From assembly GCA_038087875.1 (NCBI GenBank), contig CM075988.1:1612001-1676000 (forward strand): 64,000 nt of DNA. Direction: 5' to 3'. The stretch's first letter is position 1, and every line of letters begins with the position of its first letter. This DNA comes from Malacoraja senta (taxonomy: Eukaryota). Below the pieces are notes generated by a model that was not told the origin of the DNA, ran no database searches, and saw only the letters and a list, made by a program, of their open reading frames with translations. The translations under genes and the position numbers were made by a program. Shown here piece after piece: positions 1 through 14,149 of the stretch.

Positions 1-1823
1 CACTAGGTACTCCTATGTTGTCGGCACGTTGGATCAAGAGACGGCCGGTCACCTGGTCCCTTTCCTACGCGCGCCACCGGATCAGGACAAATATGAGGGC
101 CTTAAAGCGCTGCTCTTGCGGACCTTTGGGCTCAGCCGCCGGGACCTCGCAGCGCGGCTCCTGCACATGGTCAGCCTTGGCGATCGCAAGTTGTCGGAGA
201 TGATGAGCGAAATGCCTACCCTAATGGACGGTCATCGGCCCTGCCTGCCCTTTGAACATGACTTCCTGGAGATGTCAGACGCTGGAGAGGATTTTGAGGA
301 CCCTCTGCTGCTAGCAGAGCGTGCCGACGAGCTGTGGCAAGCCAAGCTGCAGGGCGGTGGCTCGATCGATCGAGTAGCGGTGGTGCTTTGGAGGGCCCAG
401 AAACCAGGCCCTGCGCCCACCGAGAGTCCACCTGCACTGCCTGTCCCGAACGACCCCGGTAAGGGGAAAGGTGTTATTACCACCAGCGCTGGGGTCCCGC
501 AGCCCGTCAGCGCCGCCAGCCCTGCTCGGATCCGGGAACTGCCAGGGCTGGCCGCCAGTAGTCGCTGCGGCGGTCGACCTGAAACATCGCCTCTATGCAT
601 GGGATCGACACTCATGACGATGGTTCCTGGTGGATGCCGGCGCGGAGGTTAGCGTTTTACCCCCGTCGGGGATGTATACTCGTTCCGACAAGCGAGGGCC
701 TTCTCTCACTGCAGTCAACGGCAGCTCCATACGGACGTATGGAGTTCGCACGATCTCGCTCATCTTTGGCCCCTTCCATTTCACCTGGACCTTTACAGTG
801 GCCGACGTCTCCCAACCGCTGCTGGGTGCAGATTTCCTCCGGGCCCAACCGCTGTTGGTGGATGTGCGGGTGCAACGCCTCGTTCCTGCTGCCACAATGG
901 AGCCGACTACCTCCCGACAAAGCTCCGTATCACGAAGGCGGAGTTCCGCCAAATGGAGGCCTGTGGGATTGTATGGTGTTCGGACAGTCCGTGGGCTTCC
1001 CCCCCCCTTCATGGTTCCTAAGGCGTCCGGTGGTTGGCAACCTTGCGGGGATTATGGCCACCTCGTTAACGACACGGTCGCCGATCGGTACCCGATACCG
1101 CATATCCAGGATTTTTCTGCCCATCTAGCCGGGGCCTGTTTTTTTTTTCTAAAGTCGACCCGATACGGGGCTGCCATCATCAGATTCTGGTACGCCCTGA
1201 GGACGTGCCCGAGGCGGCTATCATTACTCCTTTCGGCCTTTTTGAATTTCTACGGATGCCTTTTGGCCTAAAAAATGCCGCGCAGGCTTTTCAGCGCCTG
1301 ATGGACACAGTGAGTCGCGGCTTGGACTTTCTATTTATTTACCTGGACGATATTCTAGTTGCTAGTCACACCCGCCAGGAACATAGTGCGCACCTCCGCC
1401 TCCTCTGCCAGCGGCTCAGCGAGCACGGCCTGGCCATCAACCTGGATAAATGCCGATTTGGCCTCAGTTCCATCTACTTCCTGGGCCATCGTGTTACCCA
1501 GCATGGTGCGATTGCGCTGCCTGACAAGGTGGAGGCCATTCGCCGGTTCCCGTGGCCTTCCATGGTGTGGGGACTCCAGGAGTTTGTGGGTATGGTCACC
1601 TTTTACCAACGTTTCATACCTGCGGCGGCTCGGTTGGAGCCTGCCCATGTCGACCTGAATCAACTTGTGTTGGTGGCCCAGCCTCGTCGTTGGGGGCGTC
1701 TGCGGTCCTGCCCGCTCCCGCCTTTGCCTTCCTCGGGGTCGTCCATCTGTGGGGGGGAGGGATGTGTGTATGAGGTCCGGCCGCCTCGCTCGTCTACCCT
1801 TCCGGTTTTGTGCTTCGGGTTCT
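1..1823 (+). mobile_element. Gypsy/Ty3 LTR retrotransposon internal region, decayed (gag, aspartic protease, RT; RNase H and integrase largely deleted)
   Basis: ORF 29-652 gag-like (YEGLKALLLRTFG, LGDRKLSEMM); ORF 630 protease-like ([10 protein letters not shown]...LLGADFL); RT motifs [10 protein letters not shown] and [29 protein letters not shown] (1205-1630); frameshifts; then jumps to a pol C-terminal remnant. Confidence 0.92.
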
Positions 1824-1840
1824 GGGGGGGGGGGGGTTCC

Positions 1841-2076
1841 TGTGGCGCCACCTGGTGGTTAGGCCACCCGTATGTGAACCCTTGGCAGTCAGGGGTAGGG
1901 TCACGTGACTGGGTAATGGCGGGAAGGAGTTGTCGCGAGGTTTAGGGGTGTGCCCTAGTATAAGTATGGAGCCCTGGGTCAGCCCTCCCCCATTCGCCTG
2001 TGTGTTGATCTCTTTACCTGAGCAATAAAGTTCTCTTTGTTTTCACCTTGCGTGGCTCGTTTATTCGCCCGCCATA
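1841..2076 (+). mobile_element. 3' LTR of the Gypsy element
   Basis: Follows a G-run polypurine tract (1824-1836); starts TGTGGCG and ends CGCCATA (near-inverted termini); TATAAG at 1959, AATAAA at 2024-2029. Confidence 0.8.
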
Positions 2077-3715
2077 AGGTAGTATTTCGGATGCAGTTTA
2101 GTGATGTTTTGTGACGTTTCAACTTCATTTCCATGGATTGTCACATGGGCCAGACTGGGTCCAATCCACATTCCTTCCCTGCAGGAGGCCACTGAAGCTG
2201 CCGTTTGTTTTTTCTCAGATCAATCAAACTCTCAGTGATGTTTGATGAGGCAATTTCAGTCATTGTATCTAGCAACAATGAAGGGGGTGCTATGTATTTC
2301 TTGGTCAGGATAGTGAAAAACTTGGAGGAGCATTTGTAGATGGTGATGTCTTGTTTTGGTCCAGTTCTTCCATGCAGGAGAGGTCCATAGATATGAACAT
2401 TGTTGTGAATAATTTGTGAATCTTGTCTGCATTGTAGTGATGTTATGCCAGTGGTAGAGGGAGAGAAGATTCATGGGGCTGATTTTCAGATGTTGATGGG
2501 ACTTTGTTCTGAATGTTGTCAGGTTTCTTGAGTGTTGGATTTGCACACATTTAGGTAAGTAGCGAATGTCCCATCACACACCCAATTTCTGCCTTGTAGA
2601 TGGTGGAAATGTTTTGGTGAGTCGCTGATAGCAGAATACCCAAGCACATTTTTTTTGTTGCTGCATTATTAATGTTCCAGAACTAGTTAAGTTTTTGGCC
2701 AGAATATTGGCATAAACAATGTGGTGAAAACACGCAGCAGATTGGACAGCTTCAATCTGCATTCATAGTGTGGTTAGGCAGCATCTCTGGAGAAGGTGGA
2801 TAGGTGACGTTTCAAGGCAGGACCCTTCTTTAGACTGACTGTGGTGGGGGTGTGGTTAAGTAAAAGCTGGAAGAGAGGTAGGAGGAGTGTGCAATAACTG
2901 GACCTGCTGCCTCACAGCTCCAGCGACCTGGATTCAATCCTGAGTTTGTACGTTCTACTTGTGACTGCTTGCATTTTTCTGATTGCTCCAGTTTCCTCCC
3001 ACATCCTACAGATATTCTGCTTGATAGGTTAAGTTACTATCAAGTTACTCTTTGTACAACTAGGTAGCAGGAGCTTACAGGCAGGTGAGGGGGAATAGGT
3101 AAGTGGGGAATGGCATTGATGTGATTGTTGAGACAATATATAGAATCACTGGGATGAACAGCTGGGTCATATTTTATAAGGAGAGGTAAACAATTACTGC
3201 ATAGAGTCTGTATCCATCAAAAGTGAGTTGGTGATGGAGTGTTATTTGTATTGCCGCAAAAACAAATATTGGAAATATGGGGGTCAGTCATCAAACAAAG
3301 AGGGAGTAGCAGAATTAACATTGTGGTTTGAAGACCTTTCATCAGCATATTCGGATTGGCAGCAGGTCTGATTTAGTGGGTATGGCTATTTCAGCTTGTG
3401 TTTGACTGAATCGTAAACTATTTCTCCCAGTGTAGGTATATCTCCAGATGCTTGTGGTGAGGAAGGTCATTGAGGTTGTTTAAAGGTTTAGGTTTATTAT
3501 TGTCATGTGTACCGAGGTACAGTGTAAAGCTGTGTTTTGCATGCTCTTCAAACAGATCGGATAATACTACTCATAAATACCATTGCCAAACTGGGGTACA
3601 ATGGATAGAGCAAAGGGGAAGATAAAGAGTGCATAATACAGTTCTCAGCACTGTAGCACAGTGTCAGTTTCTTAGACATAGTCCAATATCCACAATGGGG
3701 TAAAGGTGAATCAGG

Positions 3716-6700
3716 ATAACGAGGGATAAAATTGGTCCATTAGAGAGAGAGTGGACAGCTATCTGCAGAGCCAAAAGAGATGGGGGAGATATTGAACAAT
3801 TTCTTTTCTTTGGTATTCACCAAGGAGAAGGATATTGAATTATGTGAGGTAAGGGAAACAAGTAGAGTAGCTATGGAAACCATGAGGATCAAAGAAACAG
3901 AAACAGAAAATAGGTGCAGGAGGAGGCTATTCGGCCCTTCGAGCCAGCACCGCCATTCATTATGTTCATGGCTGATCGTCCCCTATCAATAACCCGTGCC
4001 TGCCTTCTCCCCATATCCCTTGACTCCACTAGCCCCTAGAGCTCTATCTAACTCTCTCTTAAATCCATCCAGTGATTTGGCCTCCATTGCCCTCTGTGGC
4101 AGGGAATTCCATAAATTCACAACTCTCTGGGTGAAAAAGTTTTTTTCTCACCTCAGTCTTAAATAACCTCCCCTTTATTCTAAGGTTGTGCTCCCTGGTT
4201 CTGGACTTGCCCAACATTGGGAACATTTTTCCTGCATCTAGCATGTTCAGTCCTTTTATAATTTTATATGTTTCTATAAGATCCCTCCTCATCCTTCTAA
4301 ACTCCAGTGAATACAAGCCTAGTCTTTTCAATCTTTCCTCATATGACAGTCCCGCCATCCCAGGGATCAATCTCGTGAACCTATGCTGCACTGCCTCAAT
4401 CACAAGGATGTCCTTCCTCAAATTAGGAGACCAAAACTGTACACAATACTCCAGATGTGGTCTCACCAGAGCCCTATACAACTGCAGAAGAACCTCTTTA
4501 CTCCTATACTGATATCCTCTTGTTATGAAGGCCAACATTCCCATTAGCTTTCTTCACTGCCTGCTGTACCTGTAAGCCAACTTTCAGTGACCGGTGTACA
4601 AGGACGCCCAGGTCTCGCTGCACCTCCCCCTTACCTAACCTAACCCCATTGAGATAATAATCTGCCCCCTTGTTTTTGCCTCCAAAGTGGATAACCTCAC
4701 ATTTATCTATATTATACTGCATCTGCCACGCATCTGCCCACTCACTCAACCTGTCCAGGTCACCCTGCAACCTCCTAACATCCTCTTCACAGTTCACACT
4801 ACCACCCAGCTTTGTGTCATCTGCAAACTTGCTAGTGTTGCTCCTAATTCCCTCTTCCAAATAATTAATATATATGGTAAACAGTTGCGGCCCCAACATC
4901 GAGCCTTGCGGCACTCCACTCGCCACTGCCTGCCATTCTGAAAAGGACCCGTTCACTCCTACTCTTTGCTTCCGGTCTGCCAACCAATTTTCTATCCATG
5001 TCAACACCCTACCCCCAATACCATGTGCTCTAATTTTAGTCACCAGTCTCCCGTGCGGGACCTTATCAAAGGCTTTCTGAATGTCTAAATACACTACATC
5101 CACTGGCACCCCTTCATCCATTTTACTTGTCACATCCTCAAAAAATTCCAGAAGATTAGTCAAGCATGATTTCCCTTTCATAAATCCATGTTGACTTGGA
5201 CTAATCCTTTAACTGCTATCCAAATGCCCCATTATTACCTCTTTAATAATTGACTCCAGCATCTTTCCCACCACCGAAGTCAGGCTCACTGGTCTGTAAT
5301 TCCCCGTTTTCTCTCTCGCCGCTTTCTTGAAAAGTGGGATAACATTAGCTATCCTCCAATCCACAGGAACTGATCCTGAATCTATTGAACATTGGAAAAT
5401 TATCACCAATGCATCCACTATTTCTAGAGCCACCTCCCTGAGGACCCTGGGATGCAGACCATCAGGCCCAGGGGATTTATCATCCTTCAGTCTCATTAGC
5501 CTACCCAATACTATTTCTCGCCTAATGAAAATTTCTTTCAGTTCCTCTACCACCTTAGATCCTCTGTCCTCCAGTACATCTGGGAGATTGTTTGTGTCTT
5601 CCTTAGAGACGACAGATCCGAAGTACCTATTCAACTCCAGATGATTAGGTAGACAAAGAAGAGGAAGTACTGACACTTTTGAAAAATATAAAAGTGGATA
5701 AGTCTCCAGGTCCTGACAGGATATTCCCTGGGACATTGGGGGAAGTTCGTGTAGAAATAGCAGGGGCTATGACAGAAATATTTCAAATGTCATTAGAAAC
5801 AGGAATGGTGCCGGAGGATTGGCGTACTGCGCTTGTTGTTCCATTGTTTAAAAAGGGTTCTAAGATTAAACCTAGCAATAATAGACCTGTTAGTTTGACG
5901 TCAGTGGTGGGCAAGTTAATGGAAAGGATACTTAGAGATAATATATATAATCAACTGGATAAACAGGGTCTGATTAGGAACAGTCAACATGGATTTGTGC
6001 CTGGAAGGTCATGTTTGACTAATCTTCTTTAATTTTTTGAAGAGGTTACTAGGGTAATTGATGAGGGTAAAGCAGTGGATGTTGTCTATATGGACTTCAG
6101 TAAGGCCTTTGACAAGGTTCCACATGGAAGGTTGGTTAAGAAGGTTCAATTGTTGGGTATTAATGGTGGAGTAGCAAGATGGATTTAACAGTGGCTGAAT
6201 GGGAGATACCAGAGAGTAATGGTGGATAACTGTTTGTCAGGTTGGAGGCCGGTGACTAGTGGGGTGCCTCAGGGATCTGTGTTGGGTCCACTGTTGTTTG
6301 TCATATACATCAATTATCTGGATGATGGTGTGGTAAATTGGATTAGTAAGTATGCAGATGATACTAAGATAGGTGGTGTTGTGGATAATGAAGTAGATTT
6401 TCAAAGTCTACAGAGAGATTCAGGCCATTTGGAAGAGTGGGCTGAAAGATGGCAGATGAGTTTAATGCTGATAAGTGTGAGGTGCTACATCTTGGCAGGA
6501 CAAATCAAAATAGGACGTACATGATAAATGGTAGCGAATTGAGGAATGCAGTTGAACAGAGGGATCTAGGAATAACTGCATAGTTCCATGAAGGTGGAAT
6601 CTCATGTAGATAGGGTGGTAAATAAAGCTTTTGGTGAGCTGGCCTTTATAAATCAGAGCATTGAGTACAGAAGTTGGGATGTAATGTTAAAATTGTACAA

Positions 6701-7325
6701 GGCATTGGTGAGGCCAATTCTGGAGTATGGTGTACAATTTTGGTCGCCAAATTATAGGAAAGATGTCAACAAAATAGAGAGAGTACAGAGGAGATTTACT
6801 AGAATGTTGCCTGGGTTTAACAAAATAGAGAGAGTACAGAGGAGATTTACTGGAATGTTGGCTGGGTTTCAGCACCTAAGTTACAGAGAAAGGTTGAACA
6901 AGTTAGGTCTTTATTCTTTGGAGCACAGAAAGTTAAGGGGGGACTTGACAGAGGTCTTTAAAATTATGAGAGGGATAGACAGAGTTGACGTGGATAAGCT
7001 TTTTCCATTGAGAGTTGGGAAGATTCAAACAAGAGGACATGATTTGAGAATTAAGGGACAGAAGTTTAGGGGTAACATTAGGGGGAACTTCTTTACTCAG
7101 AGAGTGGTAGCTGTGTGGAATGAGCGTCCAGTGGAAGTGGTGGAGGCAGGTTTAATTTTATCATTTAAAAATAAATTGGATAGGTATATGGACGGGAAAG
7201 GAATGGAGGGTTATGGTCTGAGTGCAGATAGATGGGACTAGGTGAGAGTAAGTGTTCGGCACAGACTAGAAGGGCCGAGATGGCCTGTTTCCGTGCTGTA
7301 ATTGTTATATGGTTATATGGTTATA
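3716..7325 (+). mobile_element. CR1 LINE (family B) ORF2 fragment with 3' tail, interrupted by an antisense CR1
   Basis: [37 protein letters not shown] motifs (ORFs 5679, 6219, 6588); (TTATATGG)n tail at about 7305-7325; 5' part at 3716-3896. Confidence 0.9.
3897..5640 (-). mobile_element. CR1 LINE (family A) ORF2 3' portion
   Basis: ORFs 5209-5736, 4504-5181, 4059-4544: [47 protein letters not shown]. Confidence 0.93.
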
Positions 7326-8390
7326 AGTAGTATCCTAGCTTATGGAAGGACAGTTCAAATGTCTGATAACCGAGAGGAAGAAGCTGTTCTGGAATCTTGT
7401 GGTGTGCACTTTCTAGTTTCTGTATCTTCTGCCAAACAGGAGCAGGGAAAATAATCAATGCGAAAAGTGTACAAGTGTTTGATAATGTTGGCAGCTTTTC
7501 TAGGCAATGTGGTGTGTAGATAGAATCGGTTGGAGGAAAATCTGGTCTGTGATGGACTGGGCTACATCTACAACTACCTACAATTTCTTGTGGTCTTGGG
7601 CAGAGCTGTTCCCAAACCAAGCTGTGATGCAACCCAACAGTATGCTTTCTATGGTGCATCTGTGGAAGTTGGTAAGTGAATAATCATTGTCATTCACATC
7701 CCGTACTTAGGTTGTTGCCAGATAGTCTGGCTAGTTTTATTCTTTGAGGCTTGTATTAATAGTTTGGCACATTCAGCAACTTCAAGACCGAGTCAACCAT
7801 GTTGCTGTGGTCCTGGAATAGTGTACGAATAGCAGATCTCATCCCCTGAAGTATGTTAGAGAGCTGATTGATCATCAGAACAGTCCAGTGCTTTGTGGTC
7901 ACCATGAGTAAAACAAAGCTTTTCATTTGATTCTGTTTAATTAACTGAATTTACATTACACCTGTTACTGAATTGCAAGTTTGAGCTAGTGCTTCCAGTT
8001 TTCATTTTGAGTAACGCCGACCATCAAGCATCCATCTACACTAATCCTACATCCATCTCACCTTTTTATCTCAATGTCCTCATTATTAGTAATAACAATT
8101 TTCATATCATAGCTGTAGGCATGATAAAAGGCCATTCAGCCCACCTTGTCCTTGCCACCGAGCTGGCATTCTAGGCTCATTCCATTTTCCCAAATTTGGC
8201 TCATATTACTCTGAACCATATCTGTCCAAATGTTTTTATGAAAGTAATAACGGTTTCTGCTTCTGGAAACTTATTCCACATTCAGAGTGTTGTGAGTCTG
8301 CATCTGAGTGAAAACGTCAGTCATGAGGTCACTCTGAAACCTCTCCCTTCTCACCTTAAGCCTAGGTCCTCTAGCTTTAGAATCCTTTAA

Positions 8391-9129
8391 AGGGGCTGTC
8401 CCACTGCGGCGACCTAATCTGCGAGTTTAGAAGAGTTTGCCCTCGACTCAAACTCGCAGCATGGTCGACACTTGGTCCTGGGAGGTCCTATGAGGTTACT
8501 GGAACTCTCCTTCATGCTCGAGGGAAGTTCCCGCATACTCGCGGCCTCAGTTTGGTCGAGGAAGATTTTTCACCATGTTGAAAAATTTTCCGTGAGTAAA
8601 AATTGGTCGGCATGGTTCTTTTGAACTCGTAGTGCAGTGGAGTGGGATTGCTGTGTAGTTGTAGGCAGTCAAGAGCAGCCGTAGGCAATCTCCTTCGCTG
8701 ACCAGGCATTTTAATTGGCTCCTTGGAGTTTTCAGGACCAAGGAAGACTGACCGGTAATGTAAAATGCCCGCTAAACTTTATTATAAGTTGTCTGGCTTC
8801 TTAAAAGTGTCTCCACTCCTTCTCCCCCCCTTCTCCCCCCCTTCTCTCCCCTTCTCTCCCCCTCTCTCTCCCCCCCCCCCCCCTCCTCCACGCTCTCTAA
8901 AGGACTTACCATACACTGTGCAGCCGTCTTTTACCTTCCTATTCAATGCGGGTGTGAATTTCAGACAGCGCTCTCCCGCTTTTCCCTGGCCCCCGCCTTT
9001 GCGATTTGTGTGTGTGTGTGGGTCGGTCGGTCGATCCAGCTCGCGGTTTCATCGCTGACGGTCGATTCTGCTCGAGGTTTTTCAGGCGATTGACAGTCGC
9101 TGAAAGGTCTCGTCAGTGGGACAGGCCCT
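8391..9129. mobile_element. Non-autonomous DNA transposon, PIF/Harbinger-like MITE
   Basis: Terminal inverted repeats AGGGGCTGTCCCACTG / CAGTGGGACAGGCCCT with TAA and TTA flanks; splits an old CR1; related copy at about 53178-53660. Confidence 0.75.
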
Positions 9130-9132
9130 TTA

Positions 9133-10140
9133 GTTGGAAAAAAGACTTTGAACGTTCACATTTTCCATGCCCATCATGATCGTAAATATTAATAGGGTCA
9201 CCCTTCAGCCTCTTACACTCCAAAGATAATAGTCCCAGCCGACTCAGTCTTTCCTTATAATTCAGGCTATCCAGTCCCGGAAACATCCTCATGGATCTTT
9301 TCTGAACTCTTTCCAGCTTAATGACATCCTTCCTACAGTTGTGCAACCGGAACATGACACGCCACTCTAAGTATGGCCTCACTAATGACATGTACATCTG
9401 CATCATGATGTCCCCACTCGATACCCTTCCCAGTGAGGTCAAGTGCACCATACTGCACGTGTGACTCACCACGTTCAGGAAACCATGCACCTGTATGTGC
9501 CATTCCTTGCACGTCTTCCCAAATGATTTACATCCTGTTGTAAACTTGGATATCCTTCCCTTCAGCCCACTATACAAGCAGTTATTGGTGACTTCTGAAA
9601 GCTTACTAACAATGTTAACTACATTGTCATCCAAATAGTTAACGTATATGGACCCAGCATTGACCTTGTGGCACTCCACAGGTAATAAGCCTCCAATCAC
9701 GAAAACAACCTTCCACAACTACCTTTGTCTCCTTCCGACAAAGGCAATTTTGAATCCAATTTGCAAGCTCATGTAATCTAACCTTCCAAACCATGCTACC
9801 ATGTGGGACCTTGTCAAAGGCCTTGCTAGAGTCATATAGATAACACCCTCTGCTCTGCTCTCATCAAACTCTTTGTGACATCTTTAAAATAACTTCAGAT
9901 TTGTGAGACACAATTTCCCAAGCACAAAGCCATACTGATTATTCCTGCCTATCCAAGTTCTAGTATATTCTGTCCCTCGGAATCCCCTCAACAACTTTCC
10001 CACCATTGATCTAAAGTTCACTGGCTTGTCCTTACTGACCTCCTGAAATAACAGGCATTAGCCACCCTCCAGTCCCTACTTCTCCAAAGCTTCACCTGTG
10101 GCTAAAGGTGATGCAGATATTTCTGCCAGGGACGTCCCCA
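9133..10140 (-). mobile_element. Old degenerate CR1 fragment (3' end continues at about 8130-8388)
   Basis: ORF 9113-9718: LVRPYLEW, KLERVQKRSMRMFPG. Confidence 0.8.
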
Positions 10141-10787
10141 GCCCCTCGTCTCCAATATTCTACCATTTAGTCCCTTTGACCACCAATTCAATAACTTCAT
10201 TACTATGCTGCTACTTCTGATGAAAATATTCTAAAAAACGTTTTGGAGAAACTTTGGACAGTGGAAAAATTAGCAATCGTGTAACTGGCAATTTTAACCT
10301 TCGTTTGGACCATGCCTAATTTCTTATGTAGGAAAGACCTGCAGATGCTGGTTTAAATCGAAGGTAGACACAAAATGCTGGAGTAACTCAGCGGGACAGG
10401 CAGCATCTCTGGAGAGAAGGAATGGTGATGTTTCGGGTCGAGACTCATGCCTAATTTCTTTCTCCTGTACATTAAATGGGAAGAATATGGTAAGCAGCAA
10501 AAGGGGAAATCTTATTTGCTAATACATCACTTATCTCCAGAATAAAGAATAAACTTTCAACATTTGACGCTACCGACACTCCTTTGGTATCTAAGTCGGT
10601 TTCTGTGACTGCATTTGAACAAAATGCTGACTGATAACATTAAGATCAGTATTGATCAATTTTTTTTGTATGATGCACAATGACTTTGTTTTGTTAGACT
10701 CCAGAGAATTGATGGTCGGACAGTGAGGATTCTTCATCCAGTACAATGGTCCCAAGTGCTGATCTGTGCTCTCTATTTTGTTGACAG

Positions 10788-10967
10788 AGAAAGGACAAGT
10801 TAAAAGAGCACATGCAGCGGATGCACAACCCTGAACGAGAGGCCAAGAACGCTGGCCGCATCCACAAGTCAAAACCGTTCAAACCCAAGATCCCTTCCAC
10901 GGACTACGAGAGTTTCATGTTCAAGTGTCGTGCTTGCATGATGGGCTTCCGGAGGCGAGGGATGCTG
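10788..10967 (+). CDS. PRDM10: PRDM10 coding exon (C2H2 zinc fingers)
   Basis: ttgacAG acceptor, GTtagt donor; 180 nt: [20 protein letters not shown]...[16 protein letters not shown], matching recalled vertebrate PRDM10. Confidence 0.95.
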
Positions 10968-13380
10968 GTTAGTACTGGCACCATTTACACTATCTTACAC
11001 TGCCCCTGCTCTCACCCGATGCAGGAGGTTGTACAGGCACAGCCTACATATGCCTTTGGGTTGCTCACATAGATACTGTATGTTCTCAAACCTCATAGGT
11101 TGGCATCCAACCACAGAAACTTGCAGTACATTTGACTAGCATTATTACTGGCTATATCATGGTTTAGGTATATTTGTTGTCATGTGTGCCGAGGTGTAGT
11201 GAAAAGCTTTGCTTTGCATGCTATCCAATCAGATCAGACAATACAACACATAATTACAATAACAAAAATCATCTATTAAGTACAATAGATAGAACAAAGG
11301 GAGAGATAGAGTGCAGGATATAGCTCCAGACATTATAACACACTAGTTCCATTAACAAAGTCCAATGTCCGCATTGATGTAGAGGTGAATTGGACTGTAC
11401 CCTAGCTTCTGCAAGGTCCATTCAAAAGCCTGATAACATGCATGGTAATGGTGGTGTTTGAAAGACTGATGTTAGCCAGTGATTGGCTAAAATGATCTAT
11501 GTTACCATTGATCCAATTCATCCAGAAAAGCAAGTATTGTCAAAAGACTGGAAACTAATGAACATAACATTATAATCACTCCCAGGAAACTACAATCCAC
11601 TGAATTTGTTGTGTGTAGGACAGGGAGGTAAAGGCCAAGGCCATAATTTCTGGTGGGGACAACCCTGGCCTCTGGAATAATTCCGAAACCTGCACACCTT
11701 GTTGATGTGAAAGCCGAGTGAAGATGCTGGCTTCAGCCGGGGTTTGATGTTGTGCAGAGCAAAGGGATGATGTATGAAGAGCAAGATCAGGCTCTGAGAC
11801 AATTGAAAAAATATGAACCGTCAAGAAATCAATGTGAGATTGTGAAAAGAGCTGAATGAGAAGTTGCTGAGGTGATTGCTGTTTACAGTGTGGAAAACAC
11901 AAGAACATGGGTAAGACATCAGAGATGGAGGTTCATTTATACCAGACGCCTAGCCCACCACTCAACAAGATTATGATTATTATTCCACCTATATCGCCAT
12001 GTTGCAGCCCTATCTCCACATCCCTTGATTCCTCTCATGTCCAGAAATATAATGATCTCTGTTTTGAGTGCACAATGATAAAGTCTCGACAGTCTTCCAT
12101 TGCAGAAATTTCACAAGATCCAATCATGCCTGAGTGAAGCAATTTCTTCACATTTTCGTCCTTAACTAGCCGTCTCATTATGTTGCAATAATGACCCCTA
12201 GTTCTAGACTCCTCCGCCAGGAGAAATCACCCTCCCACCGACGCCTTCTTCAGCCCACCAAGAATTCCATATGTTTCGATGAGATCACCTCGCATTCTTT
12301 TAAACTCTCGGCAGAATAGAGGCCTATCCTACTCAATCTTTCCTCATATTACAGACCCTCCATCCCAGGAACCAGTCTAGTGAATCTTCGCTGCACTAGG
12401 TATATCATATTTAGGTAAGGAAATCAAAATTGTATTAATATTGCAGGTGTGCTCATTAAGGCTTGTATAATTGTAGTAAAACATCTTTGCTCTTATATTC
12501 AAAACCTCCAGCAATGAAGGCCACCTGGCCATTTCCCTAATTGTTTAGGAGCTGCAACAGAAAGCTGCAATTGTCACTGAGTGAGGAAAAGGCAAGACAA
12601 TTACTTTGGAAATTAGTACTAGGAAGGTTGTTGGGAAGACACGGTGAGTGAGAAATGGCTGTAATAGGGTCAAACAAGAACAGGCCTTTCAACAAACCTT
12701 GTGGAAAGAGAATGGGGTTGAGATGGGAAGATAGATCAGCCATGATTGAATGACAGAGTAAACTTGGTGCTGAATGGCCTAGTGCTGCTCCTATAACTTA
12801 TGAACTTATCCATACCAATTATGAAATACATTTCTAAACTATTCCCATTTACCAGACACCTGGTTGAGCAATGGGCAGGACTGGCAGCTTTACATTCCGG
12901 AGTACCAATGATTCTGGTGTAACAGACGTGGACAAATATCTACATTATTGATTAGAGAGAACACCACAGCAGTATTTACAGAGATATCCTGGGGGAATGT
13001 CCAGCAAGTATGTGCAGATAGTATTTAGAAGTAAGAAAGGGGTGTTCTAACCCGAACCCTTTGATGGCATTGTGCTATATTTAGTGCAAATGAGACAAAA
13101 ATGTGTAGGGAAATAACAGATAGGTGAAGGAACAATAGGGTTGTAACAGCTGGTGATTTAAACTTCCCCAGTATTGATAAGGACTGCCTTAGTGCTGAGA
13201 TGGGGGAGGATTTGTTCTGAAGCAAGATGTGGGTATCCTTACTTGAGAAGGGGCTGCAAATAGTTGCAGTGTCACTGGAGATCACTGACCAATAATTCTA
13301 GTACTTTCCAGATTGTTGGGGAAAAGATAGGACTTGTCCACAAGTTGAAGTCTTAAATTGGGGGAAGGCTAATTTCAATG

Positions 13381-13905
13381 ACATAGAAACATAGAAACAT
13401 AGAAAATAGGTGCAGGAGTAGGCCATTCGGCCCTTCGAGCCTGCTTCAATATGATCATGGCTGATCATCCAACTCAGTATCCTGTACCTGCCTTCTCTCC
13501 ACACCCCCTGATCCCTTTAGCCACAAGGGCCACATCTAACTCCCTCTTAAATATAGCCAATGAACTGGCCTCAACTACCTTATGTGGCAGAGTTCCAGAG
13601 ATTCACCACTCTCTGTGTGAAAAATGTTTTTTTCATCTAGGTCATAAAGGATTTCCCGTTTATCCTTAAACTGTGACCCCTTGTCCTGGACTTCCCCAAC
13701 ATCGGGAACAATCTTCCTGCATCTAGCCTGTCCAACCCCTTAAGAATTTTGTAAGTTTCTATAAGATCCCCCCTCAATCTTCTAAATTCTAGCGAGTACA
13801 AGCCAAGTCTATCCAGTCTTTCTTCATATGAAAGTCCTGACATCCCAGGAATCAGTCTGATGAACCTTCTCTGTACTCCCTCTATGGCAAGAATGTCTTT
13901 CCTCA
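13381..13905 (-). mobile_element. CR1 family A 3' fragment
   Basis: ORF 13637-13921 (RKDILAIEGVQRRF); (AGAAACAT)n tail on + strand. Confidence 0.9.
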
Positions 13906-14149
13906 GAAGAATGTCACCCATCCTTTTTCTCCAGACTTGCTGTCTGACCTGCAGAGTTACTCCAGCACTTTGTGTCTATCTTTGAATCAGAAGAGTCAGG
14001 GGATGTATTTTGGGAAGTTAAACCAAGACAGGACATGCATAATGAATATCAGGGTGTTGGGGAGTGTTGTAGAACGGATAGACCTTGTGGTACTCGTGTA
14101 TACTTTCTTGAATGATAATATAGGTAGATATCAGGGTGAAGAAGGCATA

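Larger units (their letters stand above)
3483..7675 (-). mobile_element. Rex1/Babar-like LINE 3' fragment (about 3483-3715 and 7326-7675) split by nested CR1 insertions
   Basis: Minus-strand translation near 7600-7660 gives CTIESILLGCITAWFGNSSAQD, typical of the Rex1/Babar C-terminus. An uninterrupted related copy lies at about 11160-11440. Confidence 0.65.

Noticed and set aside
2077..10787. Additional upstream PRDM10 exon (expected to end ..CGKQFK)
   Set aside because: No matching exon found by eye; probably upstream of the window, though a small exon could have been missed.
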